From NCBI RefSeq assembly GCF_006345805.1, contig NC_043004.1:45508001-45572000 (forward strand): 64,000 bases of DNA. Reading direction: 5' to 3'. Positions 11,898 to 24,863 of this stretch are shown in pieces (the first letter of the stretch is position 1; every line of letters begins with the position of its first letter). The notes beneath the pieces were generated by a model. The model searched no databases. It was not told where the DNA came from and was given only the letters and a program-made list of their open reading frames with translations. This DNA is from Octopus sinensis (Eukaryota). A program made the translations under genes and the position numbers.

Positions 11898-12411
11898 ACT
11901 TAAGCCAAAACCATCCACAAAATTCAACAGGCTTTTGGCGATTGTACCATAGGTAAAACTCAGATCAAGGAGTGGTATAAAGTCTTCAAATACGGCTGCA
12001 CCTAGCACCAGTTTACAGTGATAAACTCGCGCGCGCACATGTATATGGCAGGTCGATATAATTTCAAACCTCGTGCCTCTAGTAAAAAGTATTAAGTATA
12101 ATAATAATAATAATGATAATGATAATCATTTCTTTATTTGCCGTAAGGGTGACTGAGAAGACATTAATAAATAACAACTTTAATAATAATAATAATATAA
12201 TAATAATAATAATAATAATGAAAGAAATGTCGCATTAGTTGCGTTGCATTTTAATAGTTATCAGGAAAGAACTAATTGTGGCTTCAAGACATTGAGATGT
12301 TTTGTACAGCTAGTCTTCAAAATTACTAAAGGTCAAAGTGAGTAACTACCGACCATTTTCTCTTTCTATATCTCGCCATATCTTTTTCTTTTACTCTCTA
12401 TCACAGACGTA

Positions 12412-12463
<52 letters not shown>

Positions 12464-13014
12464 TAGAAAATAAAGATACAGCATGGAAAAGAATAACAAA
12501 ATGGCCGACAAATCGATCACCAAGAAATGAAGTGAATATGACGTCTATAAGTAAAAATAAATTTTAAAAGACGACGAATAGTCATCTACTAGGATTGGCG
12601 TTTGAATTATATTCATACATACATTTTGCATATACATACACGCGTGTGTGTATGCATGTGGGCATGTTAGTGTGATTGCATACCTCTTTATTAATGTACA
12701 CACACTGACTCAAATGTTTATGTGCACACATGTGTACCGAAATGTATAATAAATACGTGTGTGTGTGTGTATATGCATATGAAGCCTAATACTTCAGTGT
12801 GTGTGTGTGTTAATGTCGAAGTTCATAGAATTGTTAGAATAGAGAGGTGAAAAAGGCAAGGAAAGGTATGAGAGTGTAAATAAAAGATATTTCACTTGAC
12901 GTACTCTTAAGATGTCGACTTCAGTGCCAAGCTAACAAGGCTGTTTGTCTGGATATGTTCGAAATGTATTTTGTGCTAATAATTGGATAAAGAAGCCACA
13001 CTTGAACACCCGTA

Positions 13015-13082
<68 letters not shown>

Positions 13083-13149
13083 CTTCTCTGCTTTTCCATG
13101 TCTTATTTTCTTTGGCTTTTCTAAGTCCTCCGTAACCTAGTGGAATACA

Positions 13150-13720
13150 CATTCGCCAACATTTATATTACATGGATAAGGATAAGCCGCTAGGTGAGAC
13201 ACAAGCAAACAACATCAATGTATTTAACACTGTATGAACAGTAAAGAAAGCTACATCAACTTTTCGGGCAATAGTCCTTCGTCAAAGCTACACGCTGAAT
13301 ATTAGATAGGGAGTAGTGGAACAAAGATGTTTCACTTTAGCACAGGTGAGTGAACAACGGCAAGAGTAATAAAAATGATAGGCATGGACAGAAAAATTGA
13401 AGTGTGTAGTAAAATTGGTTCACGTCCGTGCGACATGTGTAAGGGATGAAATGAAGTGTGTGAGAAGAGTTCGTTTATGTATGTGTGTAAATCTGAGTAA
13501 AACTAGTATTCGGCGTATGAACAAGATGGTGTGTGTTTGCATGAGGAGAATGAGTAATGTGCGTGCTTAAGGCTTGGTAACGTAGGGTATATGAGTATAA
13601 GTGACGAACTGCGTGAGTGTATAGTTAGAGAAAGCGGTTGGTATGGGGTGTGTGTGAATAGAAAAGGGCTGGTGAGACTTTTGTATGTGCCTGTGGGATT
13701 ATTTAAAGGAAAGTTTGTCG
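13150..13720 (-). mobile_element. Probable Penelope-like element 3' remnant
   Basis: Ends with a hammerhead-like TTGACGA-AGGAC-TATT-GCCC-GAAA motif (~13262-13285, minus), typical of PLE termini; the upstream coding signal is heavily decayed. Confidence 0.35.
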
Positions 13721-13735
13721 GTTGTTAAAATCAAG

Positions 13736-13970
13736 AAGGCGGCGAGCTGGCAGAAACGTTAGCACGCCGGGCGAAATGCTTAGCGGTATTTCGTCTGTCG
13801 TTACGTTGTGAGTTCAAATTCCGCCGAGGTCTACTTTGCCTTTCATCCTTTCGGGGTCGATTAAATAAGTACCAGTTACGCACTGGGGTCGATATATAAT
13901 CGACTTAATCCGTTTGTCTGTCCTTGTTTATCTTCTCTGTGTTTAGCCCCTTGAGGGTAGTAAAGAAATA
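13736..13970 (+). mobile_element. SINE S1, tail B
   Basis: Full-length; perfect 16-bp TSD GGTTGTTAAAATCAAG (13720-13735, 13971-13986). Confidence 0.95.
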
Positions 13971-14189
13971 GGTTGTTAAAATCAAGGGAGATTGATGTCT
14001 ATATGGAACGAACAGCGGAAACGATAGTACCTCAAGATAGTGAGATACAAATGGGAACAGACACACTGTTTGAATACCAAAAAAAAAAGAGGGATTGTCA
14101 CATCTAGAGCTTTGTAGACAAGATTTATGTTAGTTGCATCATCGATGCTGACCTAAGGCTTGATAATAATAATCAAAAAGGATCAAAGG

Positions 14190-14400
14190 TCCTCTCTGAG
14201 TCATAGGTTCATAGGGCCTCTTTCTCTGTTTCTGTGGAGTATACGTTTCAACCGCCCCGGACAGGATGACTTTATTATTATAGGTTTACCCATTTTTGCC
14301 AGCTGGGTGAACTTGAGCAACATAAAAGGGAGTGTATTGCTCAACAACACAACGCATCGCTCGGTCTAGAAACCGAAACCATAATCTTACGACCAATGAA
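14190..14400 (-). mobile_element. Degenerate tRNA-SINE, family S4
   Basis: CAGCTGGGTGAACTTGAGCAAC..GTGTATTGCTCAACAACACAACGC shared with the 30460 copy. Confidence 0.55.
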
Positions 14401-14679
14401 TTTATGATCTTTCGAGAGACGGTGGAATAATTATTTTTTGGGGAATTTTATTCTTGAAGTACATATAAAGCCACGAGTAATAGCATGTAAGCATTGGGCT
14501 GAAAACCCTTTTGGATAGAAAAGAAATTAAAGGCAGTTGATAAGATCGGCTAAAATGTATCTGTAATACTCATTGATCTGATTAATAAACCTATTCTACT
14601 GATAAATATACGAATATATATTTTTCTAACTTATGGATTCTTAGACCTATTATATATATATATATATATAATATATATA

Positions 14680-14757
<78 letters not shown>

Positions 14758-15536
14758 TATATATATATATATATATTATATATTGGAGGGGTGAGGATAT
14801 AGTTATAGTCAAATATATTTATTCCGGTACTTCATTTTATCGACTCCTGGAGAATATAAGTCAAAGTTAATTTAGGTAGGATTTGTTCATACAAACATTA
14901 AATGGGGGAAATAAAATTTATTTTAAGATGGGATAGCCACGGTTGAAACGTACTTCACCATAGATCTCCACAACCAGAGCTGACCACCAGTTGAATTAAG
15001 TGAAAGCATAACCTGTCATTGTTCTAGGATACAACGATATACAATGAAGCACGCTATAATTATTCGACGTAAAGGTCAGCGCTGGAATATTTCAAACCAC
15101 AGGTATTGTAAATGCTTCAACACAACTCTTGATTCTCCATAGGCCTGCTTCAGTTTCTAGAATCTTCTATGTTTTCTCTGCGGGAGAACTACATAGCTAT
15201 CAAGGCACTAACATGATAGTTGTCTCCCTGCATCCATGTTCTTGTCGGCACAACAGTAGGTTGGTTGGATAAAGGTTAACGCGGATTTATAAACGACGAC
15301 GGTTATTTATAAGTCTTCTTGTGAAAAATAAGAGGAGCCCTCACACAATCTCTCATTTGCTCCGTCTTCTATAGATTTCTATCTGTAAGAAGTTATGATC
15401 TACCAAAAGAATACTAAATGTCTTCCAGGGTCCACTTTGCACTTTGGTGCTCTTAGGGGTCAGCTAATAAACTAAATACCAATCAAAATATTAGTCAATT
15501 CTATCGTCTTAAGATCCCGGCCTTGTAAAATATACC

Positions 15537-15770
15537 TATTTCTTTATTACCCACAAGGGGCTAAACATAGAGGGGGCAAACAAGGACAGACATAGGTATT
15601 AAGTCGATTACATCGACCCCAGTGCGTAGCTGGTACTTAATTTATCGACCCCGAAAGGATGAAAGGCAAAGTCAACCTCGGCGGAATTTGAACTCACAAC
15701 GTAACGACAAGCGAAATACCGTTAAGCATTTCGCCCGGCGTGCTAACGTTTCTGCCAGCTCTCCGCCTTT
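15537..15770 (-). mobile_element. SINE S1, tail B
   Basis: Full-length; flanking repeat TAAAATATACC on both sides. Confidence 0.9.
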
Positions 15771-15962
15771 TAAAATATACCGCGGTATCGTGCCAGAGTA
15801 AGAAATTATTCGTAACGCGGAGTTCCTGAATCGCCAAATACTACGGTCCGTCCAATAACAGCCAGATATGCACAGAAGACTATTGTATCCAGTACAATAC
15901 GCGCTTGTGTATATATAAGAATGGGGTGTGAATGTATTGTGTACGCATGTATACGGTGCATA

Positions 15963-16014
<52 letters not shown>

Positions 16015-16208
16015 ATATCTTTCATTTGCCCTCTCTTTCTTTTTCTCTCACCTCCTCTCTCTCTCTCTCTCTTTCTCTCTCTCGTTGTAGTCGATATTGG
16101 CAATGAGATTAAGACATAAATTATCATCGCCATTATTATCGTTATCATAATTATTATCATTATTATCAGCATCAGCATTGTAATCATAATTAATATAATA
16201 AGAACAAA

Positions 16209-16242
<34 letters not shown>

Positions 16243-16404
16243 GCGAGAACAATAATAATAATTAGCTACGCTGACACCTCCAACCCCAGCGAAAGTCATC
16301 GATATTTCTTGTTGCTGTTCGTTCGTTCTTTTATTATTACAGAAATCTCTTAACCATTCATCTTAGCTACAAATCAATTTCTGGTTGGACGAGTGGAACG
16401 ATCA

Positions 16405-16464
<60 letters not shown>

Positions 16465-16789
16465 CAACTTACCCGACTCCATGCCAAGAATCAATGATGA
16501 AACAACAGCAACAACAACAACAACAATAATAATAATAATGATAATAATGATAATAAATAGTAATGCTGACATCTTAATCAAGAACTAGAATAATAACCAT
16601 AAATTGAGGAAAGAGAAATGGAAGAGCCATTACTTGAACATCATAAAATTCGCTTTTTGTTCCCCTGTTTCCAGGCCTTCTGTTTTTCTCCTGCTCTCCG
16701 CTGTAGCCGCCTCCTCTTCCTCCAATGCGAGAATTAGACTTACGTACATGCATACACTTACCAACCCATTATATTTTTCTGTACTTTTT

Positions 16790-16985
16790 TTTCTGTACTT
16801 GTTTCAGTCATTTGACTGCGGCCATGCTGGAGCACCGCCTTTTAGAGTGGTGAAAGAGTACAGCAGGGATCACCACCTCCTGCCGGAGCCTCGTGGAGCT
16901 TTAGGTGTTTTCGCTCAATAAACACACCACACCCCGGTCTGGGAATCGAAACCGCGATCCTCCGACCGCAAGTCCGCGCCCTAAC
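16790..16985 (-). mobile_element. Chimeric SINE: S3 head and body with an S2 tail
   Basis: 16846-16985 matches S3 (33751 copy); 16795-16845 matches the S2 3' end AAGGCGGTGCTCCAGCATGGCCGCAGTCAAATGACTGAAAC. Confidence 0.7.
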
Positions 16986-17269
16986 CACGTGTGCTTCTGC
17001 GCACGCACACACATGTAAACGTTGTACATGCACATATGTATGCACATACACATAAAATATATATATTTAATATTATCTGAGTAATAATCTCATAGCCTGC
17101 TTTCCAAAGCCTCCTCAACAGGTATCGGCTACCAAATGTTATACAGCAGGATTTCTCTTTTACTGGATATACATGTGGAAATCCGTGAATATCTGCAGAG
17201 ATTATACAAAAGAATTTTAATACCAGAGGGTGGAATGAACAGGCTTTATTCCAAATCACTACAGCTGAT

Positions 17270-17398
17270 ACTCATGCGCCGAACTTTGCTTCCCAACAAC
17301 ATAGTTCTGGGTTCAGTCCTACTGCACGGCATCATGGACAGTTTATTCTACTATAGCTTCGGGCCGCCCAGAGGCTTATAAGTGGATTTGACCCATCG

Positions 17399-17458
<60 letters not shown>

Positions 17459-17680
17459 TAGAGTGAGTGTGTGTGTGTGTGTGTTTGTCACACCATCACG
17501 GCTTGACAACTGGTGTTGGTGTGCTTATGTCCCCATAACTTAGTGGTTCGGCAAAAGAGACGATAAATTAAGTACTGGGCTTTTAAAATATAAGTCCTGG
17601 GGTTGATTTGTTCGACAAAAAAAAACTTTCAAGGTGGTGCTCCACTATGGCCGCAACCATATGATTGAAACAAGTAAAGG
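17270..17680 (+). mobile_element. Degenerate SINE S2
   Basis: GGGTTCAGTCCTACTGCACGGCA head, microsatellite spacer, GTTCGGCAAAAGAGAC body, GGTGCTCCACTATGGCCGC tail. Confidence 0.7.
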
Positions 17681-17714
17681 AATATATATATATATGTATA
17701 TATATTTGTATATA

Positions 17715-18085
17715 CGAGGTACGTTCGAAAAGTATCCGATTTTATTTTTTCCGCCAAAACTAATGCCATGTGGGCAAAACACTTTGGGTGGGCAGTGATG
17801 CCGCCTTTCCCTGAGCGTGTGAAAACATTTGCACCAGTAGGCCTTGCCATTTCCTGGTTTTTACGCCTAGAGTGCAGACGTATAAGACGCTCTCGTCGGG
17901 TTGACCGAACGCACGGAGCTGAGATATTGCATCAAGTTTTGCTAAAAGTTTGGTGATACTTAAGCCCAAACCATCCAGAAAATTCAACAGGCTTTTGGCG
18001 ATTGTACCATAGGTAAAACTCAGATCAAGGAGTGGTGCAAAGTCTTCAAATACGGCTGCACCTAGCACCAGTTTACAGTGATAAA
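17715..18085 (+). pseudogene. mariner transposon 5' remnant (TIR plus HTH region of transposase)
   Basis: TA|CGAGGTACGTTCGAAAAGTATCCG terminus; ELRYCIKFC*KFGDT*AQTIQKIQQAFGDCTIGKTQIKEWCKVFKYG resembles the mariner N-terminal HTH, with in-frame stops. Confidence 0.8.
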
Positions 18086-19262
18086 CTCGCCGCGCACATG
18101 TACATGGCAGGTTTCTGCACAGTTGCCGTCCATTAAACTTCCACTCTCGATATAGTCAACTGGAGGCTAGAGAAGAAGACACACAACCAAAGTACTGTAC
18201 ACAGCGTGGACTTAGTACTTTCTTCTGTCGTTCATGAAGCAAAATATGACAGATAAATGTATAGCTCTTATTTAATTCTGTTGTGTCTGGGGAGAGTCAT
18301 TTTCTTTTTGTGCCTTTTAATTTAACACACACACCGGTAAAATTTCCACTTATTTCGTATTTTTATTTTCCTAAAATTTTCGTTGCGTCTTGTAACCTCT
18401 TCAATAGTCGATTGTTCTCTGCAAACGACCTGAGAAGAGATAATCTAAAAAATGTAAGTACACCGCTAATCAACGTCTGGAAAATATTACATTATCACTG
18501 AAAACATACTGTGTACTAAGCGTCTAATAAGGAAAACTGAAGTTTTGGCAAGAATACGATAGAAAGCTTTCTTCGACAAAGGTATTACTATTGCAACTTT
18601 CGACAACAAATATGGCTTAAAAATTTATATAGAAAAATTTTCCCTGCCCCCGGTTCGAGACGGTCTTATTGAAGCTTTCTAGCGTAATATATAGAGTCTG
18701 ATAATCACACTAAAAAAAAAACCCACTTAGAACGCATTCAGTTATGAGCATTTGTTAGTTACGTTAGAATATGTCAATATATAACTACATGTTGTCAAAA
18801 CTCGAGATTATGAATTAGGCTGAAATATACATATTAAATGACGGCGGTGAAACTTGAACAACACATAAAAATAAAGACGAGTGAACGTAAAGACTAAGTT
18901 AATAATCCCAGTGCAGACTTATCAACCTAACCATAAACAAATTCTGTATAGTTAGTAAGCTGTAGTGGTCTCTAACTTCTGAGAAATTACAAATAGAAGA
19001 ACACTGAAAAATAGTAGCTTAAAAAAATTGTAACCAAATCTAATTTAGTTCGATCTCTGAACATCTGTATCTGAAAGTGTTTTCCTGAAAGCTTTAGAAT
19101 CCAAGAAAACCTGTCTTACATTGGTGACGCTAATTTTGTTATAATGATTAACATTAGAATGTTATTTCTTGTCAATAAATACGAAACTGTATCAATGCGA
19201 AACTCAAACAGAAGCAGAAACTTCCAATCTAGTCGGATTATGTTCGTACGTATTGTGTGTAT

Positions 19263-19308
<46 letters not shown>

Positions 19309-19320
19309 ATATATATAAGA

Positions 19321-19734
19321 GGATCTTTTCGGTTTGAACGGAGGTTTTTAACATAATTTTTAGGTAATTAAAAAATGTTTAACTTCGTAGACTGGCAGAA
19401 TGTGTTTATAAAACATCTTTTTCTCTTGGCTTTATTGAGAAAATTCTATAGTTTGTAAGATATTTGTTGTTTTTTTTTCTTCAATTTCTGCAATTTCAAC
19501 CAATCAGTGACATCTATTGAGGTAAAAAATATTCTGTGCCGTATGAATATGTTCCTCGTTTAAGAAACAGATTGGGTTTATTTACATTTCTGAGGGGAAA
19601 AAAAGATACCCTTCCCCCCACCCCTAAACCTAAAACAGATCGAAATGCAATAGATCGATACGAGGGTCATAATTATGGGTGACAATTTCATATGACAACG
19701 CTAGAAAAAACTGCCGTTCAAACCGAAAAGATCC
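19321..19734 (+). mobile_element. ~415-bp MITE family M1 (GG-terminated ~29-bp TIRs, 8-bp TSD)
   Basis: TIR GGATCTTTTCGGTTTGAACGG..CCGTTCAAACCGAAAAGATCC; perfect TSD ATATAAGA. Confidence 0.95.
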
Positions 19735-20049
19735 ATATAAGATGCACTTGAATTAGGTACTTGAATTGAGGCACCTCGTTAGGTCGAAATAATATACACG
19801 CACAGCAATATTATGTGACTATCAAACTTGGTACATAAGGAGCGGCCGAACGATATTCATGCTGTGTATGTAACAATTAGACGCAGCTGAGTAAAGAAAT
19901 CCGCTTTTGAGTTATTCAGACATGTACATTATATTAGATACACAGTACATAATATTTACGAAGGGCAGATTCTGAGACAGTAACACCTGACACCTGTACC
20001 TCTACTGTTGCACATATATATGGCACTAACACTAGAAAACATAAAATCC

Positions 20050-21060
20050 ACTGCGGACTATATAGAGATGATGGGCTAACTCTGTTATAATTAACCTATA
20101 ATATAATATAATAATTAACCTATAATATCAGGGACAAAGTAAAAATAAAACAAACATTCATTAACTATTTCAAAAAGTTTTACCTGAAAACTATATTAAA
20201 CACAAGTCTAAAAATAGTAAATTTTCTACTTACGAGATATAAACAGACAAATACTACCCCTTCTAAAACCAAACGGAGAATATTATATCTCAGTATCGAC
20301 TCTGAACTTCTGTCCACATTTATAGAACATATCAATGATATTCATTAACGAATAGCCAATCTCATTAGATAAGGAAATATACGAAAAAAAAAAAAAAGTT
20401 AACCGATACTACAATATAACCTTAGTAAGATGTGGTTTCAAAGAGAAACTGAAATATATGAAAGCTGTAATAAAGAACAACATTAAACTCAGAAACAGGT
20501 AGATAATATTTCTAATCTTTAGTTTATAAAATTATCTACAAACATAGCAAATAACTTCCTCACACTGATAAATATACACTTCACTTTACTTAGATATCAC
20601 AATATATTTAAAAGAATTTCTATAAAAGCCAACTCCTTTTGTTTGGACTATATAGGCTCACAAATCTTCAACTAAAATGATGCAATACAAACTGTCTGTT
20701 AATAGAAAATGGTTATCGAAGCTGCTAGTGGTGTAAGATTAAACGATAATTCGAAAAGGGCATATAGAAGGTTAACAGAAAACACTTTTAAATATAGGAG
20801 CAAAACTAACTCCCCTTTGTTATTATAATACGCATGCTACTTCAAAGAGAGTGGATAAGAAACAAATACGATAACATGGAGTATAACTAAGGAAGCAAGA
20901 CTATGCTACGGACGTGGAAGCAGCAAGTGTTTATTCACTACTGAAAAGTTTGAAATATAAACTACCCCTGCCAACGCTTTGAACGGGATGAGGAAGGCGG
21001 CATTGCTACCTGCTTACACAAAATCCAATTGCGAATCGCTTAAGCATAGGTTTATATCAA
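20050..21060 (+). pseudogene. Decayed Penelope-like element (RT C-terminus plus GIY-YIG endonuclease)
   Basis: GLYRDDGL RT motif at ~20055-20078; KRAYRRLTENTFKYR (YIG-type motif); ITWSITKEARLCYGRGSSKCLFTTEK, typical of PLE C-termini; many frameshifts. Confidence 0.75.
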
Positions 21061-21384
21061 CTACATTTGAATTGTAACTCTGATAAATGTGAAATTACAG
21101 TATAAATTTCGGCAAAATCAGTGTGATCCCCCTTTCGTTATGACAACCAGAATAACCAGTCGGTGATTTTCATATCACATACTAACACAGATAGTGTGAA
21201 TATGAATAATCTCATTCATTCACTCAGCCTGAAATAAACAACGAAATTAATATATTGCGGCGCCAACTTGGAGGCTTTCAAAATCTTTAAAACAGAACGG
21301 CCTTCAGCAAGGAAAAAAGCAAAAATACAGCGCGCCTGCATGCGTATATGAGTATATTTTTCCCTGTATATATGTGTCTATATT

Positions 21385-21528
21385 TTCCCATATATATGGT
21401 TCTGAGTTCAGTACCACTGCATGCCACTTTGAGCAAGTGTCTTCTGCTATAGCCTCAGGTAGACCAAACCTTATGAGTGGATTTGGTAGACAGAAACTGA
21501 AAGAAACCCGTCATGCATATGATTATAT

Positions 21529-21563
<35 letters not shown>

Positions 21564-21690
21564 TTGTGTATGTTTTTGTCTCGCACTATCGCAACGGGTG
21601 TTGTTTCATTTACGTCCATGTAACTTAGAAGTTAGAAAAAACGTACTGGGTTCGATTTGTTCGACTAAACCCTTCAAGGTGATGCCTCAT
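21385..21690 (+). mobile_element. Degenerate SINE S2
   Basis: TTGAGCAAGTGTCTTCTGCTATAGCCTC..GGATTTGGTAGACAGAAACTGAAAGAA body shared with the other S2 copies. Confidence 0.75.
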
Positions 21691-21720
21691 TTATAACGAG
21701 TTAGTATTATTGTATAAGAG

Positions 21721-21980
21721 GCGCCGTGTGGTCAAATGCTTATGAAGTTCGCTTTTAAATCATAATACTCTAGTTTCGATTCCCTGGCATAACATCTTGA
21801 GAAACTCGGGCTTTAGAATCCCGTCGTATAGACTAAACCTTAAATTCAAAGATCCAGCCTTCTCACACTGTGTCACTCTGATGCTTCTTGAAAATTTAAT
21901 CAGTTACACGTCTCAGGAATACTCCATCTTGCATGCTAATTCGCTGAGCTTTGTAGCGCCAGTTGATCGGGAACCATGAC
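21721..21980 (+). mobile_element. Degenerate SINE S5
   Basis: tRNA-like head and CACACTGTGTCACTCTG body similar to the 52327 copy. Confidence 0.45.
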
Positions 21981-23232
21981 AGATTTTCGTTGCTAAGCCG
22001 CAGACCTTCTCGTGTTTACTTGGACTACATTTTCCTTCTTCTTTCTTTCCATTACAACAGTAAGATGTTATGTGAGGGAGAATTGGCTACTATTTCTTGC
22101 GTGTTGTATGACTCCTTCGAAGCTTCCTCTTAAACTCTTACTTTGTTCGCTGTAAACTATGCAGTATGTTTAAAGTTTTTTGTTTATGTGAAATGGATTT
22201 TCTTTTGTCGCTAGCGAGATAATCGCCACGTTACTCATGTATGTTTGTGGGTGAGAAATCTGAAATAACACTTAACAGCTAATATGTGACCAACTCGTAC
22301 ATGGCAAGTATTTTCGTACAATCGCCTCTTGTCTTTGCTTGTTGGCGATTGTATATGTTCACTCTTTGAGTTTATCAATACGATATACCACATTCAATTT
22401 GACAAAGAAAACAACCTGAGAGAAAGAAATATTTGAAGGATATTTCATATGCATATAGAACACACACACACACAACACACACACACATATGTATATAAAA
22501 CAAAAGAGAAATTTATGAAAAGATGTAAAAGAAGCGGTTCAGTTTCATCATAATTTTTCTTTAAAACCTTTTTCCATTTCAGAGTACCGAATTAACAGAC
22601 ATTTTGTTCGCAACATAATAAAACCCCATTATATATATTTCTTCTATATTGGTTTATTCATTCTTTCAGAAAATTCATATATGAAATTTGGTGTATTCAC
22701 GATATGTCGTGAGCAAACCCCTAAAAATAATATCCACAGAGAATTAATATAGCATGTTTGATGCCGCTAAGGACCTTGTTGTCCTTGATCACCAGAAGAA
22801 ATTTTTTTTTGATTTTTAGTACATCTGTGTGTATCCACGTATATATTGCTGTATCCGTAAGTGTACATATGTGTGTATGTCTATATGAGAATATATATAC
22901 ATACATACACAAACACACACAATATCCTTCCACAATTTTTAATATTTTTCTATCACTGTTTACCTGAAACATTGCCTCATTCTTAATTTATTTCTTTGCA
23001 GGTTTCGTGGCTTCTTGGAACTCAGTCTCCAGAACAAGGATTAGCAATTCCGAGATAGCATTTTTGAATTCAAAACAGTTCTTATCTTAAAATGAACTTC
23101 TCCTCCTTTAATGATGTGAATAAATGTCATTCAGTATCACATACACACTTTGAAAGCCTTATCATTTCCGTAAACAATATTGATATTTGAATTTGTGTTA
23201 TGTATGCAACAAAACAAGAACGTAAAGAGTTT

Positions 23233-23478
23233 TTGGTATCATTTATTTCCCATTACACGTGTTTCATTTGCTAGTAGGAATTACAAAGATTTACATGTTA
23301 GGTAGACATGTAACGAATTTACATGTAAAACACTTCATCCAAATGTGAAACTTGTATTATAATTTTTCTACCTGAAGAATTTCTAATCGGAAATTCTTTA
23401 CATGCCTACCTAATATGTAAATCGTTGTAATTCCTATTACCAAATGAAACACGTGTAATGGAAAATAAATAATAACAA
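23233..23478. repeat. Imperfect inverted repeat (MITE-like hairpin, ~88-bp arms)
   Basis: ATTTATTTCCCATTACACGTGTTTCATTTG..AGGTAGACATGTAA versus TTACATGCCTACCT..CAAATGAAACACGTGTAATGGAAAATAAAT; ~70-bp spacer. Confidence 0.8.
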
Positions 23479-23774
23479 ATTATTTTTGCTTTCCTGTTTT
23501 GTTACCCAATAACTCTGTAAATAATATTTCCATAATTCTCAATTTTTGTATTTATTTTGACTTACGTACAGCACCAACTGTGACCACATGTTGCTGGATT
23601 GTAATGATGTACTATGATGTGCTTCAAGAGAAAACAGCTGGGATTTACCCTAACTACGTACACACACACACACATACGCACACACACACACATATATATA
23701 ATAAAATATTAGGGAATAAATCCAAACTTACAGGGAAAAATCAGATTTAGGATTGAATCCAATTTTATAGTAAA

Positions 23775-23944
23775 ATATTATATTATATTAAATTAGAGAT
23801 AAAACCACTATTAATTATATTTTTTAATAATTTTGATATATATTTAAATAATATAAATTAATCAATCTTATGTATTGGCTTAAGTTTTTCATTGTATGAT
23901 TTGCCTAATAGTGGTTTTATCTCTAATTTAATATAATATAATAT
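23775..23944. mobile_element. Small MITE with perfect 39-bp inverted arms
   Basis: ATATTATATTATATTAAATTAGAGATAAAACCACTATTA (23775-23813) and its exact reverse complement (23906-23944). Confidence 0.8.
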
Positions 23945-23953
23945 ATATATATA

Positions 23954-24331
23954 CGAGCAAAACGGCCCCGTCCAATGGACGGTGCTGAATTGTCAAACAT
24001 TTAAACCAAATTTTCTCAAAACAACTTGTCCGACCGTCCCATTTTGTAGCATTATTTCAAGCCAACCGGCTTTTTTTGTGCAAACTGCACGTGCATTTTT
24101 CTCGCGTACGCGTAGTATCGATCGCAACAGCTGATCTACTTGCGCGAACGAATGCACTTTCCCACGGCTTTACCGATCGCATTCTCACCTGGAATCGATT
24201 TTTGAATTTTTTTTGAAGACTTATACACGCCCTGATACTGTCGGTATCTACATATTAAATTTGAACGTAATCGGATGGAGGATGCCCAAGATCCTAGAAG
24301 ACACACACGCAGACAGAACGGATTTTATATA

Positions 24332-24335
<4 letters not shown>
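23954..24335 (-). mobile_element. Non-autonomous Helitron-like element
   Basis: Minus strand begins TATATAAAATCCGTTCTGTCTGCGTGTG and ends with hairpin CCGTCC-ATT-GGACGG, 10 nt, CTCG|T (CTAG-like terminus), inserted in AT repeats. Confidence 0.6.
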
Positions 24336-24369
<34 letters not shown>

Positions 24370-24863
24370 TGCATGTATGTATATATGTATGCATGTATGT
24401 ATGTATATATGTATGCATGTATGTATGTATGTATGTACGTATATTACGTAGTTCAGGCATTTTCTTATACAGAATTCGGTATGATGTATAGACTGGCAAA
24501 ACTCTGAATATACTGTCAATTTCTTATATAATAAGTACTGACATATGTACACGCTCCTATATACATTGAGAGAAAAATAAGAAGGTGAGAGTTTCCGATC
24601 AAGATTATTAACTTGACGTTCGGAGAAGCAGTAAAAGTACGTTTCAAACATGCACAAACACACGTGCGCGCGCACATATATATATAGAAAATACTGAGGC
24701 ATTCATTAGTTTTGCGAAACCATAGATCGGCGCTTAGAAAGTCTTGTTTTTGGTTTTGTAGGCAGAACAACATCTGCAGTGATTGTGGAAACCCACATGT
24801 GCGCCCTCTGGTATTGCGAGTAGATGGCTTGCAGAGGAGAAGAGTAGAAATTACCTGAAAAAG

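Noticed and set aside
18373-18410. Hammerhead-like TTGAAGA..GCAAC-GAAA on the minus strand
   Set aside because: No UH cleavage site or stem I can be formed.
22990-23090. Strong-looking acceptor TTCTTTGCAG| with short peptides on either strand
   Set aside because: All frames close within about 30 codons, no homology is recognised and the strand is ambiguous.
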